From contig JAQFVV010000001.1 in NCBI GenBank assembly GCA_028023455.1, positions 124,001 to 188,000 on the forward strand: a DNA stretch of 64,000 nucleotides, given 5' to 3'. Of this stretch, positions 36,514 to 48,260 are shown one piece after another. The DNA is from Epiperipatus broadwayi. Taxonomy: Eukaryota > Animalia > Onychophora. Below the pieces are notes generated by a model. That model saw only the letters and a program-made list of their open reading frames with translations. It ran no database searches and was not told the origin of the DNA. Made by a program: the position numbers and the translations under genes. The number at the start of each line of letters is the position of its first letter. Position 1 is the first letter of the stretch.

Positions 36514-37176
36514 TTTGATATACCATCATCACAAACCTTCAGGCAAAAAATGATATTGTGGTTAAGCTTTTTAATTACTGTTTTAATTTTGTGAACAAAT
36601 ATTAGAAGCAATATTTAAAATCCATTTTAGCTACATTTGAGTACTATTCTATTAAATTATTTTAAAAACTATTTAGCAAAGTTTCTTTTACTTCTGTATC
36701 TAAGTACTTAGAAATTATATCAGTTAATCTTTCATAATTTTGAGGCTGATTGGTTTGTCTCTAACTGCAAATGAATCAAATCTATAAACTCTCTCCAATG
36801 GTTTTGTTAAAAAAAAAAATTATAGTAAAGATAAACATAAATTGTATATAGGTGTAAAATTATATTGAAAACTACTTAATGGATTGTAGTAATTATTTGT
36901 ATTAAAAAATCACATTTAGAAAAATAATTCGTATTTGTAGTTCTGCAGAAAATATCCTGTTGAATTTATCAAGGAAAGACTTTTTGAGATAAAATGCCTA
37001 TGGATTAGTGATAATAAACTCATATAAAAGGACTTTTTTATTTTAATAATTAAAATAATTAAGTGAATAGTTTTCTATATACATAAATAGATTTATAAAA
37101 AAGTAAAGATTAATATAGCAATTTACAATTACACAGACATTTTTAGAAAATTGGGCAAAAATATGTAAGTACACAC

Positions 37177-40100
37177 CAGTGCTGAATTTAGACTTGATGA
37201 GGCTCTAAGTTATGATATAAATCCTGAGGCCCCTATCATTTTAAATTACATGAGCTAATCTCAGAAAACCTTTAAAATATATACACCTTTTAAATATATG
37301 GATAAAGGAAATATATTGGCATTTAATTTTTATTAAAAGAAATAATAAAGAATGTGTTTGCAAAATCACAGAAATTATATTATAAAAGGCTCTATGTTCC
37401 AACTTGAAACTTTTTTTTTTCTTGATTTCCCAAATGCAAAATCATTGCATAAAAAGATATGCTGCATAATATGTCACTTTCCATATTCATGAGGCTAAAT
37501 GCAGACAATTTTTCTAAAGACATAGTTGCTCTCAATTCATTTTTTATTCTTTTTAGATGTTAAAATGATCTTTCTCCTGAACAATTTGTTACCATTAGAC
37601 ACAAAAATAGTTATAATATTGCTTCAACATTAGAGAAAAGTAATTGAATATTGTCTTAAAAAATGATTTGATATAAATCTTTGTGTTGAATTTGTTCTTT
37701 TTCAGAATAATTCTTGACATAACCATGGAAGTGCCTCAATTCACTCATGAGGTTAATATCAACATTGTGTGGATACTTTTTCATTAAGGTATCTACTGCT
37801 TTAGGTAGTCATCCATCTGAAGCTTCTAAATCAACTAAAAATGAAAATTTATTTGCAACATAATTATAGACTGTTGCTCTTTTTGTTAAATTTGCCTCAA
37901 TGCTGTCTATGATATGAATGAAGGACTTCAGTTGAAATTTGTCTCTTGGAGAAGGTTTCTCATCAGCATCATGTGCAGCTCCATCATTGTCATTTTTTTC
38001 TGTCTTTCTTTTTTCTGTAGAATTATAATCCACATCAGGCAAACTAGATTTAGCTTCTTCAATATCACCAAAAGTTTCTCGAATATTTTGAACATAGAAA
38101 GTGATACATACAGATTTTCACATGTGGTAAGTGCATCTCTGGATCCCAGAGAGCCAGACTGGTTTTGTGAAATTCTTCCAGAAAATGATTCCATAAATGT
38201 AGCATAAAATCCAAACTCTAGTTCCTCCATTTTTTTCAGAAGAGTATTAACTTGTAGCTCCTTTTTCATTCTCATCAGCATAAATGTGCCTTAGATTATC
38301 TATGATTGGTTTATAATGTACATATTTGGCAGACACTGCTTTGATATGTGCTTCCCACATAGTGTCAGACAGTCTCTTTAGTTTTATGGTAGCTGAGTCT
38401 GTTTTTAAGGAAGATAACATCACAGGCCACCTCTTTGTAGAAGATGAAAAGAAAGTGTGTAGCTCTTGAACAATAGCAAAAAAGTTTACTGCCTCTAAAC
38501 AGCAATCTACAGTGGGATGGCTGAGAAGATTTAGTAATATTCAGCACATGGAATTTATATAACATGCTTACTTAACTCAATGATTTTTTTGTTGCATTCC
38601 ATTGTATTTACCAGCCATATCTACTGCACTATCATATGACTGTCTCATCATTTATTGAAATCTACTTTGCAGCCCTTATATAGATAATCTACCACTATAC
38701 CTTCATCACTGATTTTTCAACTCTAGGAAAGTTAGAAAGTATTCAACAAGTAAACCATCACCAGGTAATACATATTCCACTATAACAGTTAGTTGATCCA
38801 CATGGAAAAAATCAGGCATAGAGTCCACAGACAAACTGAAGTAACCTGCTTTTCTCAGATCATCCAAAGTTGATTCTCTTACTTTATTAGCCATAATCTG
38901 CACAAGTTCATTACATACTATCTTTGATAAATATGATGACCCAGATTCTTTGTTTCAATAGTGTTTTATATGGTTGGAAAGAAATGGATCAAACTTAGCA
39001 ATCAAATTCTAACAAATCAAGGTAGTTGCTATTATTTGATGATTCAAAAGTTTCATTGTCTCCTCAAAAAGCCAATCCATATTTTGCTAATGTGAATATC
39101 ACTGCAACAACATGCTCAATCACATTCTTCCAGTAAAGCTATTCTTCTTTCATTTGTTTTGCTAATCCTGAATTTAAAGTCAAACTCCTTTTTTTTGTCA
39201 AGTATACAAGCAAAGCTTTTCTATATTCTTCAGAGTTTTGATGATTTTGAATAATTGTGGGATTTTACCATTCAGAAAATCCATCAGAAGCTAGTGCTAC
39301 TATTGGTGTTGAAAACAGTTTGCAAACAAAACAAGAATCACAAACAGTTGTTGGAGAGTACACAAGCCATTCCTGATTGTATGCTTCACCATTAACTTTT
39401 CTGTTCTAAAAAAGATCTTTCAAACAATATCTAACCTGATGTTGGAATGAATCCTTAAAATTTTCAATGGACCATTCCAATGCTGATGCTTTGATGGACC
39501 TTTTAAGATGGAGTATGAGAGTATATCCACTGTGATTTCATGATTGTTCCAACTGTAGATGTCAATTTTGTAACAGCACCCACACTCACACTAGGATCAG
39601 TTTCAATATTTCCATCAACTGAGATTCCAGACTCTATGATCCCAATATCAGAATCAGTAGGTTGTTGTTGTTTTGGGCTTTGCTGATCTCCTTAGATTTG
39701 TGGATCATCTTCTATTCCTGAGGTAAAATATCTGTCAAGTTTGGGCAATGCTTTGGGCTCATCTTTAAACTGCTGTTTTCTTTTTCTCTTCTGATATCTG
39801 CTTTCAAATGTTCACTTCATTGTATGGCTGGAAACAGAATAGCAAAAATAAATGCTAGAAAATAAAAGATTATAAACATGAAAAATAATTTATATATATA
39901 TAATTCCTTATATATTTTAGATAACATAGAATACCATGCTAGCTGATCACCAGTCTTGAATATAAAATATATGAAAAAGAAAGGAAAAAAAAAATTTAAT
40001 ATTCATATTTTATCCTTAGCAGGTAATGACAAAAGATATGTAATATATATTTACTTTACAGTTTGCAGTACGAATGACTGAAATGATCCAAGTTAATAAA

Positions 40101-40346
40101 AGGTGGAAATTGATGTATATCAAGATGATTATTTTATTCAATTTAAATAGACTACAACAAGTTAGAATAAATAAAAGCCTGAGATAATATGCTCAAAATA
40201 AAATTAGAAAATTTCTGGAGAAAAAATTTTTTTAAATATATTTTTAAAAAAATTGCATTTGTGATAAATAGGAATTCTTTGAGGCCCCTGCAAATTGTGA
40301 GGCTCTAAACTGTAGCTTATTTAATTTATACCTAAATCTGGCACTA
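37177..40346 (-). mobile_element. Full-length but disrupted hAT transposon (ZMYM1/Tip100-like transposase pseudogene), 3170 bp
   Basis: Imperfect TIRs CAGTGCTGAATTTAG / CTAAATCTGGCACTA. 8-bp TSD GT(A/G)CACAC (37169-37176 and 40347-40354). GAGGC(C/T)C subterminal repeats. YFSLSVDSMPD...VDQL and TNCSGERSF..LKRIK motifs with stops and frameshifts. Confidence 0.88.
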
Positions 40347-41125
40347 GTGCACACAAACGTAATATAAACATGCAGTTTATATCAAATATGATTGTGCCTT
40401 CAACCATGGAGGAATAGGGTTGATTATACTCATATTAAAAAGTGACTGTATAAGAAACAATGCAGGTAAGTGCATACCCAAATTAAATAAAAGATGGGCT
40501 ATAATGCATGATAGTAGTATTGTGTGTGTGAATATATATACTGCATAACATAGCATACTATAATAATTTAATTTATATTAAATTATAAAGATTATCATAT
40601 ATATATATTCGTATATAAATAAGGCCTTGGATATTATTTCAATTTTGTTTATAGATTAACATGTCAACAAAAATAAGTGCATATAAAGTAGTAGTATGAA
40701 ATTAATGAATATGTCAATTTGCCAGCTACATATTCAATTGAAAATAATTATAATATAGTTTACACTACAATCTTTTCAAAAGTATTTAAATATTTTTACT
40801 TAATCACCATTTTGTTTTTAATTAGTTGCAGTTATTTATAATTAAATAATTTATTTACATGTCTGCTATGACACATGAGAAGAAAAAAAAGTATTTACTG
40901 GAAACATATTTACTGTATATTCCTATTAATTGGCTGTTTATTCTTAACACTCGTATAAATTGTGTATTATTCTTTATAAGTTATTTAGCTTAAAAATTTG
41001 AGTTGTTTTTAATTAACACTTATTTAAAGTTAATCTAGGTTGAAATCCAACTATTACTCTAACAACAATATAGTTTTTGTTTTTGTTTAAGAAGTTAAAA
41101 AATTATTCACTAAAAAAAGTATTCA

Positions 41126-41292
41126 AGGCAAAACTCTTTATACAGTAATGCCACCCTGTGCCAACCAGAGTAATCAATGGATGCCAGAAGGCTTGTGCAT
41201 AAAACCCTATCCAGTGCCTACTCATCCAATATCCCCAGACTAGTTTCTGGCTTGTGGCCTTCGTCAGTGAGGAGTGTGCTAGTATGAGATAG
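41126..41292 (-). mobile_element. Family A element A3 with an intact HHR at 41232-41273 (predicted cut between 41238 and 41237) and a short inverted tail fragment at its 5' end
   Basis: Minus strand reads TCCTCA-CTGACGA-AGGCCACAAGCCA-GAAACTAGTC-TGGGGA, followed by the family tail. 41274-41292 resembles the inverted tail of copy A4. Confidence 0.85.
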
Positions 41293-44200
41293 AGTTCATG
41301 TGCTGTTTAATGGTTTAAAAAAATATTCCTTGTATCAAAATCAATTGGTCTAATAATAGCTTTCAGAAAAGTTGAGAATTATTTTTGTTGATCTATTTCA
41401 GTATTTTTTAATTTTATTATTTTGTAACTACTTATAATCATTCGGCCATAATTATTTTAATTTGCGAATTATTCTAGTACCTGAGATTTTTATAATAATT
41501 TTGTGGCAATGCCATTTTTCTTCAGTGATGTGGGGGGGTCGTAGTTGTGATTATTATGAAAGCCTAAAATGCCAGAATAATTTGCAAAGTTAGAATAATT
41601 ATGGCCGGACGATTACGTTATGGCAGTGCTAATTCCAAAATACCCTTCTTTATATGAATCTAAAAATTACTTCAAAATACACCGTTACAGAAATTTGGGG
41701 GAAATATGTAAATAGTTTCTAATATATATTTTAATTAAATTAAAACTCGTTAATTAGGCTTAATCTAACCAAAGACACTTGATTAAATCAAAATTTATAT
41801 AAGAAGCCATTTAATATTTCTCCCCAATATCTACAGTTGCAAATTTTGAAGTTAAAATAGTAGTAGTAATAATTTTTAAAGATATAAAATTGTGTATACA
41901 AGAAGCATGAAGTAATGATTTTTAAAAAAAAGAAATTAATTTTTAAAAATAATAATAACTACATTTTATCTTTAATAAATTCTAAAGTCCATATTTTTTT
42001 GTTTTGTTTTTTAAAATTAAGATCATTTGTGAATTTATTGAATAAGTTCATGCATCATTAAAAGCAGTGCTTAAAAGTGTACAGTTTGTAAATTAGTTTA
42101 ATACATTTTCATTTGTGTTATGTAAAGAAAATATAATTAATATTTTATGGTATTGCAATGCAATTTTTTAAAATCTTTTCTGCATTATTTTGTTGGTTAG
42201 ATGAGTTCTGATGCGCTAAATATGTAGAGAAAAATTTAATGATATATGCACTTAAAAAAAAAAATGTATCAACAAATAAAATAAAGACCATAACCTCAAA
42301 TGAAGGAATAAAATTTTTAACAATTAAATCACATGCTTTTTGTGGACAACCATAAAAGCAGAATTGTATAGATAGCTGAGAAACTAAACCTAATTCAAAA
42401 AGAAATGGAAAGATACAAATGTGATAATATTAGATCAGTTGAAGTGCATTGAGAGTCTGTACAAAGTAAATGAATGTGAAATCATTTGGTCTGGATATAA
42501 TTTTAAAGCATAAAGCTGATGTGGAATTTCTACTAGATAAAAATTAAGGTGTCTTAGGATCTAAATGCAATTATATCAACAAGATTTGACCCAATTTTTT
42601 TTAAGTATTTCAATAATAAAAATATATATATTTGCATCAAATAGTGTAGAAAATAAGATAGACCAGTTCTATAGGAATCTGAAATTGGTACTTGATGCTA
42701 TATTGCATAAAACTGTAATTATTACTAAAAAATATTGGAAATAAAAAGAATAAATGGGAACATTATGCAAAAATATGGTTTTTGAAAAACAAATGTCATG
42801 AAAACTATAGTTTTTCTCTAGATATGCAATTGCAACAGGTCTTCACAAAATAAAGGTAGAGATACATGATTGGTCAACATCAGTGTACAATAAAACTGAA
42901 TTTTCCAAAAAAAAAAAAAAAGACTACAAACTCAGTAATTGAAATTTTCAAATTAAATCTTAAAAAAAAAAGAAGAAGTAATATTCAGAAGCAATACCAA
43001 AGTCAACAAAATACCAGAAGTAAAAATAGTAAAAAATATACAATTTAGGATCAAAAATATGAATATTTTAAGTAATTTCAATACTTTTCTAAATTATAAC
43101 TTTAATATGCAAAATAATTTTAATAATGTTTTAGTGAAAGAATTGAAGTTAAACCAGCAAAAAAAAAACATTTGAAAGACTTGATCACACAAGAAACATT
43201 AAAACACAAGAAATATTAAAACTGATATAAGATAAAATAATTGTAAGAAAAAGAAAATGATTCAAAAGTTTCAAAACAAAAATATTGCATAAGTTGATTA
43301 GAATATCAGGGAGATGAATGCAGGGATATAGCAAAGTTCTAAGGCAAATAAAATTCAAAGAAATAAATAAGATTTATATATACAGTATATAATGAGAGGC
43401 AAAATAGAAGACAATAAAAATGTTCCAATGAAATTGAAAAGTTATAGGAAGAATGTTTTTAGACATTATATAAAGCGGACTTTGATCATAAAATAATTCC
43501 CAATTTTTTAAAAATGCTTTCTGAGATTGGAGTTCATTTGTAATATTGAAATGAATATTTTACTGGAAGATGTACAAAAGGCAGGGAATATATGAAGTCT
43601 TTTATAGTCAGTGATAAAAATAATACAATTGTCTTTTGAGATGATTGGTTTATTTTTTAAGGTCTTCCAATTTGTTTACCCAGAATTGTATCAATAAAAA
43701 TATTGGAATCTAAAAATATACCATGATGATTCTTCCTAATAAAAACGAATACTGCAAATGTTGGAATTGAACATAGTAATAAATAAAATAATTAAATGAT
43801 TTTATTTTTCAGTAGTTCACAAGAAGTTTAATCACTGCGTAAAACCAAGCAGGGTAGTGAAGATATTTTATTGCATAGTTCTTTTAGTCAATATAGAAAA
43901 ACAGAAACAATATAAATATAAAAAATACAGAGTAATTACATTTAAGCACATGTTAATGAAAGTCCTAATGAATATCTTACATATCAGATTAAAGTTTTAA
44001 ATGAAGATAAGCATGGTATATCACCAAGATGAATTTAGAAAAGGCAAGAACAGCAGATAAAGAATATTTTCATTAAACTCTATTGCTAATGATATTGCAT
44101 TATCTTAATTTATTAACTGCAATTATATCATAAATGTATATAATGTAACATTCTTCTTTTGGCTTATGAAAAATTAAATGTAGCAGTTACATTATTTGCT

Positions 44201-45683
44201 GGTAATTTATCAATCCCTGATTCATCAATAAAATATATGTTTGTTTGTTTTTTCAACTTGGGAGAAGTTAATGAATTGAATGTGGAGTGATTGTGTCATA
44301 AGGTATAGATAAACATGTGGAATTTCTATCTGATTATGCTAATTTTTAGTTGAAACAATATAATTCGACTTTAAACTGTAGTGCAATACTACATGAGAAT
44401 AGAATATTATCTTTATATCTTGTTATCCAAATCATTAGAATTATCTACTAATTAAGATACTCAATAATTAGAAACCAAGCTGAATTAATCAAGTTATTTT
44501 ACTCACTCAAAAACAATATTTATAAATTATTAAAAGCATTTTGCTGATATGTAAATAAAATTTACGATTTCAAAATATTTAAAATGTCTCTTCCGATGAA
44601 TTTTTGTTTCAAAATTCATTTTATTTATCATTTCTAAAGGAGAAATTTTATTTCCTATTAAATTTTACCGTGACTTGTTAAAATATTTCTTTGTGGGATT
44701 GGAAGCCATCTTTCACTTTTTTTTTTTTTTTTTTTGAACATGATAGAAAATATACAGTAAGGAAAAAAAATTACTTGACTTTCATAAACTATATACTTTT
44801 TCTTTAATTTTTTTTTCATATAAAATCTGAACTTTATCTATAGTCTGAAGTGATTTTTTTTTTTCTAACTTGGCAGTTTCATTTGATATTAAACTATCTT
44901 TTAATATCTAAAATTTTAAAATTGCATTTTTTTGGTAATCTTTTGTATATTTGATTATCCTGATATCTTGAATCTTATTACCGATTAATTTTTTCTAGTA
45001 TGCTTTCTTTTTTTTATTTTGTGAATACAGTTTTTGGTAAGAATAAAGTAGGTTTTAGTCATTATTGTTTAAAAAGTCAAGATAATCATAATCTTAGTGC
45101 TCATAAAAGTATGATACTCTCTCTATCAATAGAACACTATAAAATATAGACTATTATTTTTACTGCCAGAATATTGGCACATATCAAATCAACCCAGCAA
45201 GACCTTTACTCTCCAGCTAAGAATAATTAAATACTCATATACTGACCACTATCAGATAATTAAGTGGTTAAATACAGCCACTTAGGATGAAAAAAATGTA
45301 AAACCTGTTTGTGATCTGAAAAAAAAAAGACAAAGGTAATTTGATCAGATTTCAAACCCCATGTGAATGCATTAACCATTATGCCAATAGGCTGCCACAT
45401 ACTTTTTGTTTCTAAATTATAAAAAAATTTAAAGCAGTTAGTTTTTAAAATTTATTTAATCATTTTATATGCATTAACATTATATATATTAATTTTAATA
45501 TTCTTATGGATAAAAGATAAATTCATAATATTATTTCCAGGAGCTTTCATGTAATAAAAATATAATAGATTAAATAGCTATTATAAGCTATGAAGATTGC
45601 CAATTCCTCAACAAGCTTTGTGATAAATGCTTAGCCAGAGAAAGCATTTAAAATATCTCTGTCAGGAAACCCCCCCCCCCCAA

Positions 45684-45726
45684 ACCTCTGACTATGGTTA
45701 TGTGCTTTGGCACTCCTCAGAGTGGT
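45684..45726 (-). ncRNA. Inactivated family B hammerhead (GAAA changed to AUAA)
   Basis: ACCACU-CUGAGGA-GUGC-CAAA-GCAC-AUAA-CCAUAG-UC-AGAGGU. Confidence 0.72.
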
Positions 45727-45938
45727 ACTAGAATAGGTTCAGACACTAGATCTAAAAATGCCAACCCAAAGCCAGAGACTATAAATAGTCAAAATAAAGA
45801 GTCATAGATCACATGACCCAATACTCTTAAGCTTGTAAGATATAAACAATGAAGATTGCCAATTCCTCAACAAGCTTTGTGATAAATGCTTAGCCAGAGA
45901 AAGCATTTAAAATATCTCTGTCAGGACCCTCCCCCCAA

Positions 45939-45981
45939 ACCTCTGACAATGGTTTCATGCTTTGGCACTCCTCAGAGAATG
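45939..45981 (-). ncRNA. Family B hammerhead with intact catalytic core but weakened stems; predicted cut between 45945 and 45944
   Basis: AUUCU-CUGAGGA-GUGC-CAAA-GCAU-GAAA-CCAUUG-UC/AGAGGU. Confidence 0.78.
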
Positions 45982-46472
45982 CTAGGGTAGGTTCAGACAC
46001 TAGATGTAAAAATACCAACCCAAAGCCAGCATTTATCTAAAGGTTATCTAATGAGTGAAAAATCTGAAATTTTCAGATACCTACATATCTTCAAACCCAG
46101 CTAGATATACAACTCAAATAGCTATATGGGGCTGAGAGATCTTCAGGCATAGAATATATTAGTAGTCTTAGCAATATAACATCACATAAGACTTAAAGCA
46201 GAGATTATAAATAGTAAAAATAACAGTCATAGATCACATGACTCAATACTCTTAAGGTTGTAAGATATAAACAATGAGGATTTCCAATTCCTCAACAAGA
46301 TTTGTGATAAATGCTTAGCCAGAGAAAACATTTAATATATCTCTGTCAGGAAAATAGCTATTATATTTGTATTATATGAAAGCTCCCGGAAATAATGCTA
46401 TGAATATATATATATACTTTAAATGATCAAATTTCAAAGTTAAAATTTGTCCATGATTTTGTTTTAAATTGA

Positions 46473-47100
46473 TTGTATGCTAAAATTAGAAACAGACCTA
46501 CTCAAGCTGATGAAAAACCCTGGTTATCATTTCCATACATAGCGGCGGCTACCATTAGTATAAACAAAATCTGTGCTGAAACATGCAGAATTAGTCTTCA
46601 TATCTCTCTCACCCTGAATCATCTGATTAACAAGCTGCCCCCAAACAGGTTTCCCAATTCATGTATAAAATTATACATAAAGTTCAATGCAATTTATTTT
46701 GGTGAATCTCATAAAAATCTCTCTACAAGAATCATGCAGCACAAATATCATTACAATTGAGCTAAGAATAATATACATATTTATTCTATTCTCCTTAAAC
46801 ATGAGTCTAAGCATAATCACAGCTTTGAATCTACATCATGAGTATTATGGGCTCTGAAAGAAATTATGCTAAATACAAAGTTAAAGAAGCCTGGCACATT
46901 GCCAATAATATACATGCAATCAATAAGAAAGGATCCTGTGTTTCCCTATCAAAAAAGTGATCATTTAAATAAATTTATTTACATCTTATAATCAAATTTT
47001 ATGTAATTCACCACTTTTGTGATTTTTCTATAAATCTCACAATCCTCTTGGATAACTATAGCGATGAGTATGATTCAGTTAGTTGAAAGCATGCTCAGCA
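46473..47100 (+). mobile_element. PLE GIY-YIG relic with a decayed terminal HHR-like GAAA-GCATGC-TC (47085-47096)
   Basis: IYFGESHKNLSTRIMQH...KVKEAWHI; the terminal motif resembles family D. Confidence 0.65.
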
Positions 47101-47689
47101 TGTTGATATATTTAACATTTTAAAGTATTAAACAAGTTTTTCTTAGGATACATGTTGTATGGATTATTTATATTGAATCACATTGTTGTGAGAAAGGTTT
47201 AAAAAGATTGGAATTACAAAATGTTATTATAAAGTCTTACATATATATATATATGAATACTCTGGAATAATCTTTATAACATGCACTATAGCAATATAAA
47301 AACAATAAATAATAGTTGTAGACAGCTTATAGCAACATACACCATTCTGAGTAGCATTTAACAATTAAAATTTTTAAAAAATCTCTATAAAATCACACAA
47401 CCCTAATGTTCCCATATGAATAGCCAACTTTCCACAATTTATGTACATAATTAATTGCTTATTTAATTTATTGTCTGTCATATTTATAAAATATGACTTT
47501 GATTTTTTTTTTCAAATCATTTTTCACATATAAAATAAAAATATTACTAATATAAAAATATTTACTACAAATAACAGAATTTTCAGCAAATACAGATTTA
47601 AATCTATTCACAGAATATTACAACTTATTATATAAAAGTTCATATTCATGAATTCTGTTTTTCAATGCACATTCCGATTTGCCAAGATA

Positions 47690-48260
47690 ATTGGACTTGT
47701 AGTGGCACACTACTTTATAAATAATATTACATTTATTGATTTTATTAACATTAATCTAACAGTATTTAGTTCAACATTAGGTGCAACATTAATATGTGTG
47801 GAAACTAATGATGTGTTTTTATTACACACTTATTTATATATGGTAATGAAATCCATGTGTAAATTTATATAATATAAATAAAATATCTTTTTTATTATAT
47901 TCTACACTATAATTCATTAACATATATTTCAATATTGAATAATTTATCACTTTAACATTTACATAAAAATATTATTTGTAAATAAAAATGCTCTAAATTT
48001 AGCTAATTTATACATAAGAGGTACATTTGACTTGGGGTGTCAAATCCTCTATTTGACAAAGGTTTTATGAATATTTTATAATTGATTATATTATATTCTC
48101 TCCAAAAAATTAAGTCAAGATGTAATCCAACAATAAGCACATCATCAACATATCTAATATAACCTTTAACCCATAATGGTAAAAATGATTTTAAAATATT
48201 CTCTTTATAATATGAAAATATATAACTGTATAAAACAGCAGAAACTGGCAATCTCATGGG
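47690..48260 (-). mobile_element. PLE RT-to-EN relic with internal deletions
   Basis: PVSAVLYSYIF...YIRYVDDVLIV (track ORF 48003-48257) and NKCNIIYKVVC further downstream. Confidence 0.65.

Larger units (their letters stand above)
45586..46351 (-). mobile_element. Family B element B3: tandem of a deleted partial monomer, a full 426-bp monomer and a partial monomer
   Basis: Three copies of TGA(A/G)GATT(G/T)CCAATTCCTCAACAAG. 14-bp TSD AAATAGCTATTATA at 45572-45585 and 46352-46365. Confidence 0.88.

Noticed and set aside
42100-44200. Possible decayed LINE (endonuclease/RT) in the intergenic region
   Set aside because: Purine-rich strand bias is suggestive, but I could not read convincing motifs.
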